From Protoeuglena noctilucae (Eukaryota), in assembly GCA_958009085.1 (NCBI GenBank), contig OY253668.1:620001-684000 (forward strand): a stretch of DNA of 64,000 nt, written 5' to 3'. The notes beneath the pieces were generated by a model. That model saw only the letters and a list, made by a program, of their open reading frames with translations. It was not told the DNA's origin and made no database searches. Made by a program: the position numbers and the translations under genes. Below, piece by piece: positions 23,147-34,600 of the stretch (positions are counted from its first letter, which is position 1; the number at the start of each line of letters is the position of its first letter).

Positions 23147-25737
23147 ATGGCCCGGCCGAGCAGGAAAACACGGCGAGAGGAGCGCCTGGAGGTGCGTGGC
23201 GCATTGCCAGAGCTAAATGGAAACTAGATAGAGCCCCTGAGCATCCGTGCGGGTCCCCAGGGCCCTTTTCGGAGGCGTCGCTGACCCCTTCCGGCACCCA
23301 CTTTGAACCGGTGCACCCCGGCCGAGGGCCCCGCACCTGGTCCGCGGCGCCGCCTTGGGTTTCCTCTGGATGTTGCGCGCTACAGGACCAGGCCTTGCCC
23401 CCGATTTCCCGCCCGGGGAGCGGGACGGGGCAGGAGCTTCAAACGATGGGGCCCGCGGGTCGAGCAGGCACTGGCCTCCGCGATGGCGCCCGATTCACCC
23501 TCTCCATCCTGCATATGCGGATGCTCATGGCCGGTAGATCATTTCCTTGCCCTCATATTCCCCTGGGTCGCTCCGCGCGCGCGATTTCCCGGCTGCAAGC
23601 GGCCCCTTGATGCGCTCGCGTGCTCGTTCCCGGGGGCGGAACGATCACAAGTGCCGGCAATGCGTGGCGTGTAACCATAGTATGACCTGGGGCGCGTATC
23701 TAGCCATGCCCCGGGCGTGCACGGGGCGAAGTGGCGGCAAAAAGACAGCGCTTCCCCGCACTGCACCCTGCAGGCTCCCCATGAGGAGGACGGCGCCGGC
23801 CCCAGGCGAAGCACGCGCCTGCGATCGAGGCGAGATGGTGGAAGCAAGGTGACGAGCACAGCTTTTGGCCGCGGCTTTCGGGTGGCCCGGCCTGCCGACG
23901 CTCGGCCGGTTCAAACTCGAGTCGGCCCGCTTCGCAGGGCTCTGCGGAGGATCGGAGGACGTCAAAGCGGTTCGACGCGCGCTCCAGCGCTCCCGACGGC
24001 GTGCTGACGCAGGAGTTCGCGGGGCGCGATGAGGCACCGGAGGACATCCAGCGCCCGAGCGCGTATGCAGACGTGGCCCCGGGCGTGGCCCCGGGCATCC
24101 GCGCGCTGTGGGACGCTTCGGCCGTGAACCACGACATCCTGTACCTAACGAGCCCTCCGACTCTCATGGAGACGACCGAGCCCTTTGTTGGTGCGTGCGC
24201 GTGGCACGACAGCGGGCATGCACGACAGGCCGGGCGCTGCGCTTTCGGGCACCAGCACACTGGCCGACGTGTCTGCAGACCCACGAGCTCGGCGCATTTT
24301 GGAGAGGAAATTCGTCTGCGGGCGTTACATAGCCCCAAGCTCAGACCGGTGTCCCACCACAGCACGCTTCACATCCGCCACGCGGCAACTGCTCGTGGAC
24401 TGGGCCTTCTCCCGCCGCAATGCCATGAACCTTTCGTCAGAGACAGGTCAGTACAAGCCCGGCTGCTCTGTTGCACAGAAGTGGCAGTGGTGTTTTGGTG
24501 CTCCCGACCCTCTCGGCCTTTCCTGGTCGCAGCGCACCTGGCCATCGCGATGGCGGACACGTTCCTGCGCAATCGGAACCCAGAGGTGTTCTTGGAGCGC
24601 CACGCGCCGCCCGAGAAGTGCCGGCGCCTGCGGGACCACACGGGCCCAGGCCCAGCCTTGCCGGCTGGGTGGGTGCCGGAGGACGCAGGCAGTCCGCGGC
24701 ACGAGCCCGCCTTCCCGGCCAAGCTCCAACGGCTCATGTGCACCAGCCTTCTGGTGGCGGCCAAGGTGCCGCTGCCGTGTAGCCTGCCAGCGTGCCGGTG
24801 CCCTGCGACTCCCGAGCCCCCGCTCTCTAACCGTGTCCTCTCCCGCCGCCTCGCCTCAGATGCACGAGAGGCAGTCCATGCGTCCCCCCGTCGAGTCCTT
24901 CGCGTGCGCCGACGACCAGTTCCACAAGCGCGAGATTCTGGCGGCGGAGCGAGTGCTAATCAAGGAGCTCCGCTACATGCTCCTCCTCCCGACGGCCGTG
25001 TCCTTCTCCTCCGCGTACATGGACCGCGCATGGGTGACGAGCTGTGGCTTAGGCCTGGGTGGGTGACTGCCCTGAAAGCCCCGCCGTCTGCCAACCAGCC
25101 GTGGGCGCCCCGCGTGCAGGCGCTGTCTGGACGCTTCTTGCCGTGGCGGCACCTGCGCATGGAGCAGCGTGTGGCCACGTACCTGCTGGACGTGTGCGCC
25201 CTGAGCCATGACCTGCTCGACTGGCCGACGTCGCTCCTCGCGGCCGGCGCCGTATGGGTGGCGACCGGCATGCTGCGGCAGGACGCGGGCGAAGGGGGGC
25301 CGCTCAACTGGAGCCCGTATTTGGGGCTTTCGACCGACCCCGGGAAGGTCTTCCAGTTCGAGCCGTCCCTGCTTCTCGACGCGGTGTGCCCGGGGCTCGA
25401 CGCCCACGCCCTCCTGGGCCACCCGCCGGTCGCCGTGCGGCGCGTGGCGACCGCGCTGTCCGAGCTTTGCCGGGACGCGCAGGCATTCCCGACGCTGGCC
25501 GTGCACTTCAACACCCATCCCCTCAACGAGGGGCGCAGGTGGGGGCTCGGGGCGTGGCGGGGCGCCAGCCGCTTTACCCTACCGACAGGCCCGCGCCGCA
25601 GCCTCGCACCGCCGGTCATCCGCTCCCGCAGCATCCTCGTCAACACGCTGGCGAGGCTCCCGGCGCACGGGTACGGCGCTGGGGACCAGGCCAAGCGCGT
25701 GGGTGGCACCCCCACCACCTGTCTCCTGGACGCCTAA
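23147..25737 (+). CDS. Divergent cyclin (A/B-type fold, two cyclin boxes); 5' exons tentative
   Basis: Spliced TRQLLVDW...LSSETAHLAIAMADTFL...KLQRLMCTSLLVAAKMHE...EILAAERVLIKELRYMLLLPTAVSF...ATYLLDVCALSHDLLDWPTSLLAAGAV. Putative start MARPSRKTRREERLE at 23147. Confidence 0.82.
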
Positions 25738-25816
25738 GCTACGACGGACATCGCCCCACTAGAGACCCTCTTGCAATCCGCGACATCTTCCTTCACGGCG
25801 CCGCATGTGCATGAAG

Positions 25817-25821
25817 TGTAA
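25817..25821 (+). promoter_or_regulatory. Possible TGTAA polyadenylation signal of the cyclin gene
   Basis: TGTAA lies 80 nt after the cyclin stop. UGUAA is the known chlorophyte signal, but it was not found after most other genes here. Confidence 0.35.
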
Positions 25822-25864
25822 CTACCTTGCTTCTATTGAACGGTTGCCCGGGTGAGAGCACGAG

Positions 25865-26698
25865 TCACTCGCTCACTCTCTTGACAAACGTGCCGTCCTC
25901 CGTGCGAATCTCGACCTCCTCCCCCACTTGCACGTATTGTGGGACCATCACCTTCGCCCCGCTCTCGATCTGCGCACAGCAGGGGCGGTTTCTGCCAGAG
26001 AGCGCCACTGCTTTTGGTCAGGAAAGCGATGGGGACGCGCAGCCGCATCGCACCAGCGCCTCCTTGAGTGCCCCGGCCTTGGCGCTCTTCACGCCCGCGA
26101 CCGTCTCAACGACCTTCCCGACGACCTTGTCTGGGGCAGTGGCACTCACCACCCGCCCCTCGTACAGCAAGAGCTTCAGCGACGTGCCGGGTCCCATCAG
26201 CCGAAACGCTGCATGGGTGTGGGTGTGGGTGTGGGTGTGGCGCAAAGAACGTCGGCAGCACATCGGGCATCGATGTTGCACCTGGCATCCATACTCCCTC
26301 GCAGAGGGCTGCCCACCTGGCTCCCCCAACATGCTGCTGTCGAGCACCGACTGCTCGAACGTCGCGCCGTCCATCACGTGCACTCCCTCGCTGTCCGAGT
26401 ACAGGACCTGCGCATCCCGATGCTCGACTCGGTCGTCGCGCGTGTCGAACGTGTCGCTTGGCTTCACTTTGAAGCTTTGGCGGATGCCCGAAGCCAGGTC
26501 CTTAATTTCCACGTCCACGATCCCTCCCTGTCTGGCCAGGCCCTTGGTGTGAACGACCTTGGTCACTGTGGCAGGCTTCCCGTTGTGCTCCACGATGCTC
26601 CCGCGCTTGATATCCAGCGCGCTGGTCTTCACATCGCGACTGCCGAGGCCAAAAGCGATTTGCTGGAGCCGGGATGCCAGCGCCCGCCGGCTCATCAT
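25865..26698 (-). CDS. efp: Organellar (probably mitochondrial) elongation factor P
   Basis: Exons 26698-26317, 26208-26054 and 25969-25865. Presequence-like N-terminus, ALDIKRGSIVEHNG, VMDGATFEQ, and KEALIESGAKVMVPQYVQVGEEVEIRTEDGTFVKR. Confidence 0.88.
26215..26240 (+). repeat. (GGGTGT)4 hexanucleotide repeat in EF-P intron 1
   Basis: Sequence reads gggtgtgggtgtgggtgtgggtgtgg. Confidence 0.9.
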
Positions 26699-26974
26699 GC
26701 ACCGATGTATTCAGGATTGGGTCTAGGCCACGTCGTCATCCCCGCTCGCGGCTGTGGCCACGAGGCGCCCCGCCCTGGGTGGGTTTTGGCCCTCTGGCGT
26801 GTTGCAGCACAGCTGGCCCGCTCTTGAGCCAGCGCAATGCCTTCGCTTGTCTTACGCTCTAATGTCTTGCGCTCTACCCGCCGTCTCACACCTTTTGAGT
26901 CCTCACTGGCGAAATCACCGGGCAACACGTACGACCAGGATCGACGAGGAGGCTGGCACTGGAAGCCGGGAATC

Positions 26975-27706
26975 ATGCGTGCCGTGGTGCAGCGAGTGCG
27001 AAGTGCGTCTGTTGAGGTCGACGGAGAGGTCGTCTCCGCCATCGGTCCCGGCCTCTTGTGCCTCGTCGGTCTGCACAGGTGGGCGCAGCTTTCACTCGGG
27101 ACCGCCTGGCTGCGGCGAGAGAGCCAACACGCGGCCATTCCATCGCTCCTCCTCCGTCCTCGCCATAGAGACGACACGGACAAGGATGCGGAGTATATTT
27201 GTCGGAAAATTCTTTCCAGCCGGCTGTTCCCCAACGCCGAAAAAGCGTGGGACTTCAGCGTCACGGCTGCCAACCGAGAAGTGTTGCTCGTGAGCCAGTT
27301 CACGCTGGTGAGAGCGCGTGCTGGTGATTGGCGCCGTGGCCGGGGCACGCAGAGCAGCAGCACACCCTGCGCCGCTACGCACCGCAGTTCGCGAGGCTGG
27401 CGAAGAACAAGCCGGACTTCTCACGGGCCATGGCGCCCCAGGCAGCGAGGGAATTCTATGACAAGTTCGTGGGGCGGGTGCGAGAGAGGTGATGTACAGA
27501 GGTGGTATGTATAGGGCCGCATGCACCTGGAAAGGGCACTGGGGAACGCATGGCGCTCTAGAGAAACGACGCACCAGGGCCCCGCCGCCGTCCGCAGCTA
27601 CGTGCCAGAGAGGGTCAAGGACGGGGTGTTTGGCGCCATGATGAACGTGCGGTTAGAGAACGACGGCCCCGTGACAGTGGTGCTCGACTCGAACGACCGC
27701 GAGTGA
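26975..27706 (+). CDS. DTD1: D-aminoacyl-tRNA deacylase
   Basis: Exons 26975-27078, 27169-27307, 27388-27488 and 27598-27706. Motifs [21 protein letters not shown] and [18 protein letters not shown]. Confidence 0.96.
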
Positions 27707-27727
27707 GGAAACCAGGAACGAGGCCCG

Positions 27728-29095
27728 TCATTCGCCCATGACCATCTTCCCCTCGGCGTGCTCCTGGATGCGCTCGCGGACCTCGCCGTCTCGCAACAGC
27801 AAGTCCATCGTGTGCTCCATCACCCCGCACACCGACGCACTCGGCTCGTCCCCGTAAGCGGCACGCAAGTGCTCGTGGACCTTCATCCGCACCAGGGCCT
27901 CCCGGCCCGGCCCGGTCCCCGCCAGCGCCTGGATGGCCTCGGCCAGAGTCTCACGCACGAACTCGTCTGCGAGGGTGGGGTGCGGGACACTCCAGACACG
28001 CCCCAGCGTCGTCACGAGGGTCGCGCGAGGGCCACACCATCCACGAGGGCGCCGGGTGCACCTGTGTCTCGTGATCCCTGACACCCCAAGGGCCTCAGGA
28101 AGGCCGAGAGCAGCGCCTCGTCCCCCACGACATCTTGCAGCGTCCCGTCGCTCTCCGCTGCGGGCGACCTGAAGCGTTCAGTGAGGCAGGGCCTGCGGTG
28201 CAAGCGGCCGCGCACTCTGCGGCGCGCGTCGCGGCGCGTCACCCGTCATGCAACAGTTCTTGAAAGTGCTGGCCGTGCCCCTCCGCCGCACTTGGCTCGG
28301 CGACGACAGCTGCGGGATGAGCGCGTTCAGCAGCCCCCGCCCGCGCTCGAGCACGAGCCGCCTCGCCGTCTGGACCGTCGTCACGTTGCACAGTATCGAC
28401 GCGACATGCTCGTACAGGTCGAGGGTGCTCCCCACGGGGTCGACGAACAGCTTCAGCAGGACGGCGATGTTGAATCCCCGCAGAGCTTCGTCGTCGTGTT
28501 GCACCAGCTGCATGACGCCCTCCTGCGGTGACCAGGCAAGCACCGTCTCAGCAAGACGGCGTGACATGCCTCGCCTGCCCAGCCGCAGCTCGTGGCGCAG
28601 AAAAGCGTCACCTCTTCGAGAGTGATGTTGGAGAGGAGCATAAGGAGCATGTCGTGATGAGGACAAGTGAGCTCCCGAATGTGGGTCATGACGCGGCTGC
28701 ACACCCCCGTATGAAGGAGGGCCGCTGCCCCGGCAGGGTCCCCAGAAAGGTTCACCAGCGCCCCCGCCGCGGCCCCCGAGATCTCTGACGAAAGATCCCC
28801 CAGCAGCCGAAACAGGGGGGGGAGAAGGGCGTCCATCCGCGGCCGCAGCGTCGCGATGCCCTGCGACGAGGGCAGGAGCGGACACTCGTGACGCACGCGC
28901 CGCGTCCAGCGCTCTCGCAGGACCCACCCACGACAGCGACATCCTCCTTGGAACAGATCACCCGGCGCGCGCATCGAAAGCCACCTGCGGGCTCCCGGTC
29001 AGGCCCGCGACAGCGTCGACGGCCATCTTCCGCAACGTCCCATTCTCCGACGAGAGGAAGCCGATGAGGTCCCCAAGGTCGTCCTGCTCCACCAT
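27728..29095 (-). CDS. HGH1: HGH1/FAM203 eEF2 chaperone
   Basis: Motifs DLIGFLSS..VDAVAGLTGS, ALVNLS, MLLSNIT, HVASILCNVT, RRRGTASTFKNCC and LAEAIQAL..GREAL; five exons. Confidence 0.88.
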
Positions 29096-29430
29096 TGCTC
29101 CAAGGAGCTCCGGATGCGACTCGCTGCTCCGGTACCACCTCGGCGTCGAGCGGCCGGGCGTGCGTGACCTGGGTGTGTGTTCGGCAAAGTCGCGCAAAAG
29201 GGAGCAGGTTCTGGGGTTCGCACGGGTGGCTCCGGGAACTTCTTGAGGATGTGCACAGCAGGACGAGGCGTGAGAAGGGAAACATGCGAGTTGAATTTGC
29301 CCGACTGGTGTGTCGCGAAACGGCCAGGGCGACGCGCAGCCTAAGCCTCGCGAGCCTCCGTGTGCCTCACCAACCGCCTCCTTGATTTGTCTGCTGTGCT
29401 ACTCAGCGCCGGAAGTGGTGGGGGCCGGAC

Positions 29431-31348
29431 ATGGCGTGCTGCTCCCGCTGCTCCCTGCCCAGGTGGGAGCCGCGACGTGGCGCCGGGGATGCCACTGTGG
29501 AACGAGTTGGATAAATAGACGGTATAGGTCCACGCGGGTCGCCGCGGCTCCTCGGGCGCGCCAGCCTGGGTGGATAGGAGCCGAGCGCGAGACACGGGCG
29601 GTTTGCGGCCGTGAATGGCTCGCCATGAATGTCTAGTTTATCGCGATTGTTCGTGGGAGGCGCTCGACTGGAGTCGGAGGCCTGCGGGGCGCGCGACGCC
29701 CGGCGCCCCCGTCCTGGCTCTCCCGGGGCAGGCCGGACGCGGGACTTTCGGAATGGTTTTCTCCGCGCAGGACGTCCCTGGTGGCGTCGACGCGGGCGGC
29801 CCCGACGGCCACGGCGAGGGCGGTGAGCCGACATGTGGTGGTCAAGGCGGCCGCAGCCATCCCGGAGGGCCTCACCAAGGGCGACATGTCGCGCTCGAAG
29901 CGCTATCGCTCCGTGAAGGTGAGGGCTGTCCCGCCCTGGCCCCTCGGGCGCACCAGGGGGGCCACGGCAAACCCGTTCGCAGCGCGGGTGGCTGGGCCGC
30001 CCTCCGGCGTGCGGGCCGGCGGCCAGCGCTGAGGAGGGGTTGGGTTGCGTGTAGAGGCGCCAGACCCGGCATCGCTGCACGTCGCCGCAGGTGACGGTCC
30101 CTCAGAACGTGGATGTGGACCCGGTCGAGGCGGTGGCGCTGCTGAAGCAGGTGTGGGCCAGAGCTCGCCTCACGCGGCTGCTTCGTCGCCGAGCGCGCCG
30201 CAGTTCTCATCTCCTGCGCTTCCCGCCCCGCGCAGTGCGCGTCGGCGAAGTTCGACGAGACAGCCGAGGTGCACGCGCGCCTGGACATCGACACCAAGTA
30301 CAACGACCAGCAGCTGCGCGCGACGGTCAGCCTGCCCGCCGGCACGGGGAAGAAGGTGCGGGTGGCGGTGCTGTGCAATGAGGGCAAGGTGGACGAGGCC
30401 AAGAAGGCCGGGGCGGACGTGGCGGGGGGCGAGGACCTGGTGGAGAAGATTGCGGGCGGATTCCTCGAGTTCGACCGCCTCGTGGCTACGCCGGACATGA
30501 TGCCTAAGATCGCCAAGCTCGGGCGCGTGCTGGGCCCCAAGGGGCTCATGCCCAACCCCAAGGCCGGGACGGTGGTGACCGACATCACCAAGGTGAGGGT
30601 GGCGGCTGCGCTGCGCCGGGTCCTCGCGCCGCGCCGCGTCTCCGGGACCGCCGGCGAGCTCGCCGATGATCGAACGCGACATTCCAAATCCTTATCTACA
30701 TTGTCCGACGCCTCGGCGGGGACGAAACCTGATCAGTCCTTGAGGCGCCTCGTCCCGCATCCGCGCCGCCGCCCGCTGCTCGGGCTCCCCGGAGCCGCCG
30801 CTGACCTCTCCGTCGCGCCCGTCCTCGCGCAGGGCGTGGAGGAGCTCAAGGGCGGCAAGGTGGAGTACCGTGCCGACAAGGCGGGCATCGTGCACGTGTC
30901 ATTCGGCAAGACGTCCTTCAAGGAGCAGGACCTGCTGCGGAACCTCAAGGCCATCCAGGCGAGCGCGGCCGGCTGGGAGCGTGCTTGCCGGGCACCCGAG
31001 GCGGTACCTAGAGTGTCGTGCCGAGCAGCCCTGCGTTGCCGTGGCACGAAACAGCGCTATACGCCGCCGAGAGCGCATGGGGACCAATAAGGCGCTGGGG
31101 GTCCTGGTGGCCCCTGGCGTAAAACCGTCTCCCGACATGCCTTTCCCATCTCGCCGTTGCGGCGCTGGCTGCGCCAGCTCGGTGGGAGACCCGCCCGACG
31201 CGGCCACCCGCAGGAGTCTATCGACCAGAACCGGCCTGCCGGCGCTAAGGGCGTCTACTGGAAGACGATGTACATCACCTCGACCATGGGGCCGTCCATC
31301 AAGATCGACGTGGGGAAGCTCCGTGCTATGGCCAGCGCTACGGCCTAA
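29431..31348 (+). CDS. rpl1: Plastid 50S ribosomal protein L1 with transit peptide
   Basis: Ser/Thr/Ala/Arg-rich transit peptide ending VVVKA. Motifs [54 protein letters not shown] and [11 protein letters not shown] donor at 30959. Confidence 0.95.
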
Positions 31349-31692
31349 GCGGCGTAGGCTCCCTGCCTGTTGCATGTGTCGCCTTCGTGTCCCGTTGAAC
31401 TTGCACGTCTGGTCTGGCGTGAAGGACCTCCGCAAGGAACTGTTCTCAGCGCGGGGGTATTGCCCCATCGCCGGTCTTCTCGACTTTAAGTTGTGTGGGG
31501 ACGCCGCCCACGCGGCCCACTCTGCCTATCGGCCGTCTCTACTCGCGGGCTGCGGAATAATTCGGTATAACGGCCAGGGCGGCCCTGAGCCGGCGAGGCG
31601 AGCGTCGGCTGACCTCGTCCCGCCCCGGGAGCCATCCGGCAGCGCTGGCGTCGGTGTCCTGACATACTTAGAAAGCGTGGTCTGCATTTGTC

Positions 31693-34600
31693 ATGTCGCT
31701 GCTCGGTGCCGCTCGCTCGCTGATGGCAGAGGTGAGACCATCGGCGCGCTCGCACACTATGCAGGTGTGCTGGCGCGCTGGAGGGACTTGCGCCTCGAGA
31801 CTTTCTCCTAGCAGAACATTTGTTTTACACAGAATCTCGATGCGCTCAAATCGAGCGTCTCGACGGTCTCTGGGCTCGGAAAGCGCGGTCTTTCCCCAAA
31901 CAACCGTCCGCCCACCGCGCGCAGGCCAATCCGCTGCCCTTCACGTACTATGAGGTGCTCGTGCTGGTGACTTCTGTGCCTCGGTGGGCTTGGCATCTTC
32001 CCGCAGGCGCTTGGCGGGGTGGCACCGTCACTGAAGCGCGGCAGCGGCCTGCGTCTTGCAGTGCACCCACGTGAGCCTCGGCTGACCAGCCTTCACCTCT
32101 GCTCGGTTGCAGATTGGGTTCCTGGCGTCCCTATGGGGCGTGGGGGCGCTGCTTCAAAGGACCCCGGTCCCGCCTTTGATCGGGTGGATCATCGTGGGAA
32201 TCGTGTTTGGCCCAGGCGAGGACTCGATACAGGCGCAGCTCCTGGAGCCGGGACTCGTTTCGCGAAGATGTGCTTTTGCCCGTAAGTCAGTCCCCCTCAT
32301 CCCCGGCTTGCCCCGCAGAGGTGCTGCACGCCTTTGGCCCCGTCACCCGCTCCAACATGGTCGCCCTGGCCGGGGAGATTGGTTTCTGGCTCCTCGTGCT
32401 GGAGGCGGGCCTGGAGCTGGACGCCAACATGCTGCTGGAGATCGGCCTGCGGGCTTTCATGGTGGCACTGACAGGGTTCGTGACGTCTAGTGAGTGTGGG
32501 GCGGCGCCAGCAAGACCCAAGCCAGCCCTTGGCAACAGCATTGTGGCTTCGGCAGCCAACGCGCCAAGCAACCATTTCACGTGATGTCACCGGCCCTCCC
32601 TCTGCGCAGTGGCCCTCACGTATGGCATCGCGGCTGGGCTCGGCTTTGACTGGAAGGCCTCCCTCGCGGCTGCTGTCATCATGGGCCCCACCAGCCTCGC
32701 AGTCACCATGTCTGTCCTGGGCCCCACAGGTGAGCGATGCCGGGGCTGCCACTGCCACTGCCGCTGCCACTGCCACTGCCCTCTCCATGCCATGGATGCC
32801 GTCTTAACCCAAACCGTCCCATCGGCTGCCGCCCCCAGGCTTTGTGTATAGCCCGACGGGCCAGCTCCTCGTGACTGCGGTGGCTTTCGACGACATTTTG
32901 GGCCTCATCGCGTTGGCGGAGTTTAAGGCCATCGCCGACCCCAACGGCCGCACCATCGCGGTCCCCATCGTTGTCTCTGTGGGAGCCGTCATCGCGCTCA
33001 GCTACCTGGCCGTCGTCAAGGTGGGCAGCACTCGTGCTCATTGCGATGACATGGGCCAACCTGCCTCACGTCACGTGCGCCGCTTGTTATGCAACGCACG
33101 GCGATCGTGCCGCGCCCGCAGATGCCCGGATGGCTGCAGCGGCACATCCTGCCGCGCATTCCCGAGAAATATACGGAAGGTGAGACAGGTGGCGGTTCGC
33201 CGGGCACCTCCCCAAAACGAAGTGACACTTCAGCAGTCGTGCTATCCATCGCCCTCAATGCCGGCAAGCACCGCGCATCACCCCACTTGCAGGCACGCTT
33301 CTGTTCATGCTCATGTTCCTGGGCGTCGCCCTGTCGGTGGCGGGGGAGGAGGCAGGCACGAGCGAGTATCTGGGGCTGTACGTGGCAGGTGCGCCGTGCC
33401 ACAGCGGGGTCTCTGACGATCGATGCTGCCCGGCACAGGCATGGGCCGTGGCGTTTCCTGGCAAATGCTTCTTTGCTTGCTCTGTGCATCGTGTCAGGCC
33501 TGCGAGGGACCAGTGCCTGTGCCAAGGCCCTTTCGAACGTGCTTCGCCCCCAGGCATCACGTTCTGCACCGTGCAGCGCCTGAAGCACGTATGGGAGATT
33601 CACGTGCGCCCCATCTCGACGTGGCTCATCGCCATTTTCTTCGCCAGCACCATCGCTTTCGAGATCCCCGTGAATGAGTTCTGGTCCGGTGATGTCATCG
33701 GCTCCGCCTTTGCCTTCGCGGTCGCCATCTTCGCCAAGGTGCGCTTCGGGCCTCGGCACCTACCGCGCTGCGCCTGTGCTGTGCCTGCGGCAGCGACAGA
33801 GGCGGGGGTCGAGTTGCGCAGCAGAGGTGCCCCAATGCGTGACTGCGTGCCCGCGCGTCTCCTCTCTCCCGCAGCTGTCCACGGGGGTGCTGGCGCGGCC
33901 CATCAAGACGGAGTGGCTCAAAGTGGGCACGGCGATGATGGCGCGTGGAGAGTACTCCTTTGTCATTGCCATCCAGGGCATCCAGCTGGGGCTCATATCG
34001 CGGAAGCAGTCTGCGAAGGCGAGACTTACCTGCGCGTGCGGGGACAGCCGCGAACTGTGGAGTGCGCTGCTGATAGCACGCACTCCACCGACGCGCCTGA
34101 ACCCCACAGGTGGAACACCGGACTGCTAACCCCTCAGGCCTGGACCTGGCTATACGGTTTAGCTTGCGACCTCCGTTTCTCTGCTCGCGTGCAGGTGCTC
34201 CTGGCGGTGCTCCTGGCCATCTTCATCGCCCCGCTGTCGCTCATCATCGTGCTGAATCGCTCGAGGGCCCGCGTAGAGAAAGCCCTGGCGCTCGCGGTGG
34301 CCGGGAACGAGAAGCAGATGCGAGAGGCTTTCGCCGAGGGACTCGAGCCCATCTTCTACCGCTTCCACCTCAGGCGAGGCCCGCAGCTGGCGGGGTGCCT
34401 ACCATACATGCGCAACATTTGCAGGCGACGTGCTTCTGCATGTGTGTCCGTCTCGCACCGTCAGATGACAACGTCGGCGTCCTCGCAGGGTGCTGGTGCG
34501 TTTCGGTCTGCTTGACGAGGTCATTGCCAAGCTCATCTCTCCGACGATGGAGCTGCTAGACATCCGCGTGCAAGACCAGGGGAACATTACGTCCTTCGAG

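Noticed and set aside
11443..26698. DHS as the modifying enzyme of the nearby EF-P
   Set aside because: The DHS is a canonical eIF5A-type enzyme with no targeting peptide. The EF-P lacks the KTGKHG motif and appears organellar.
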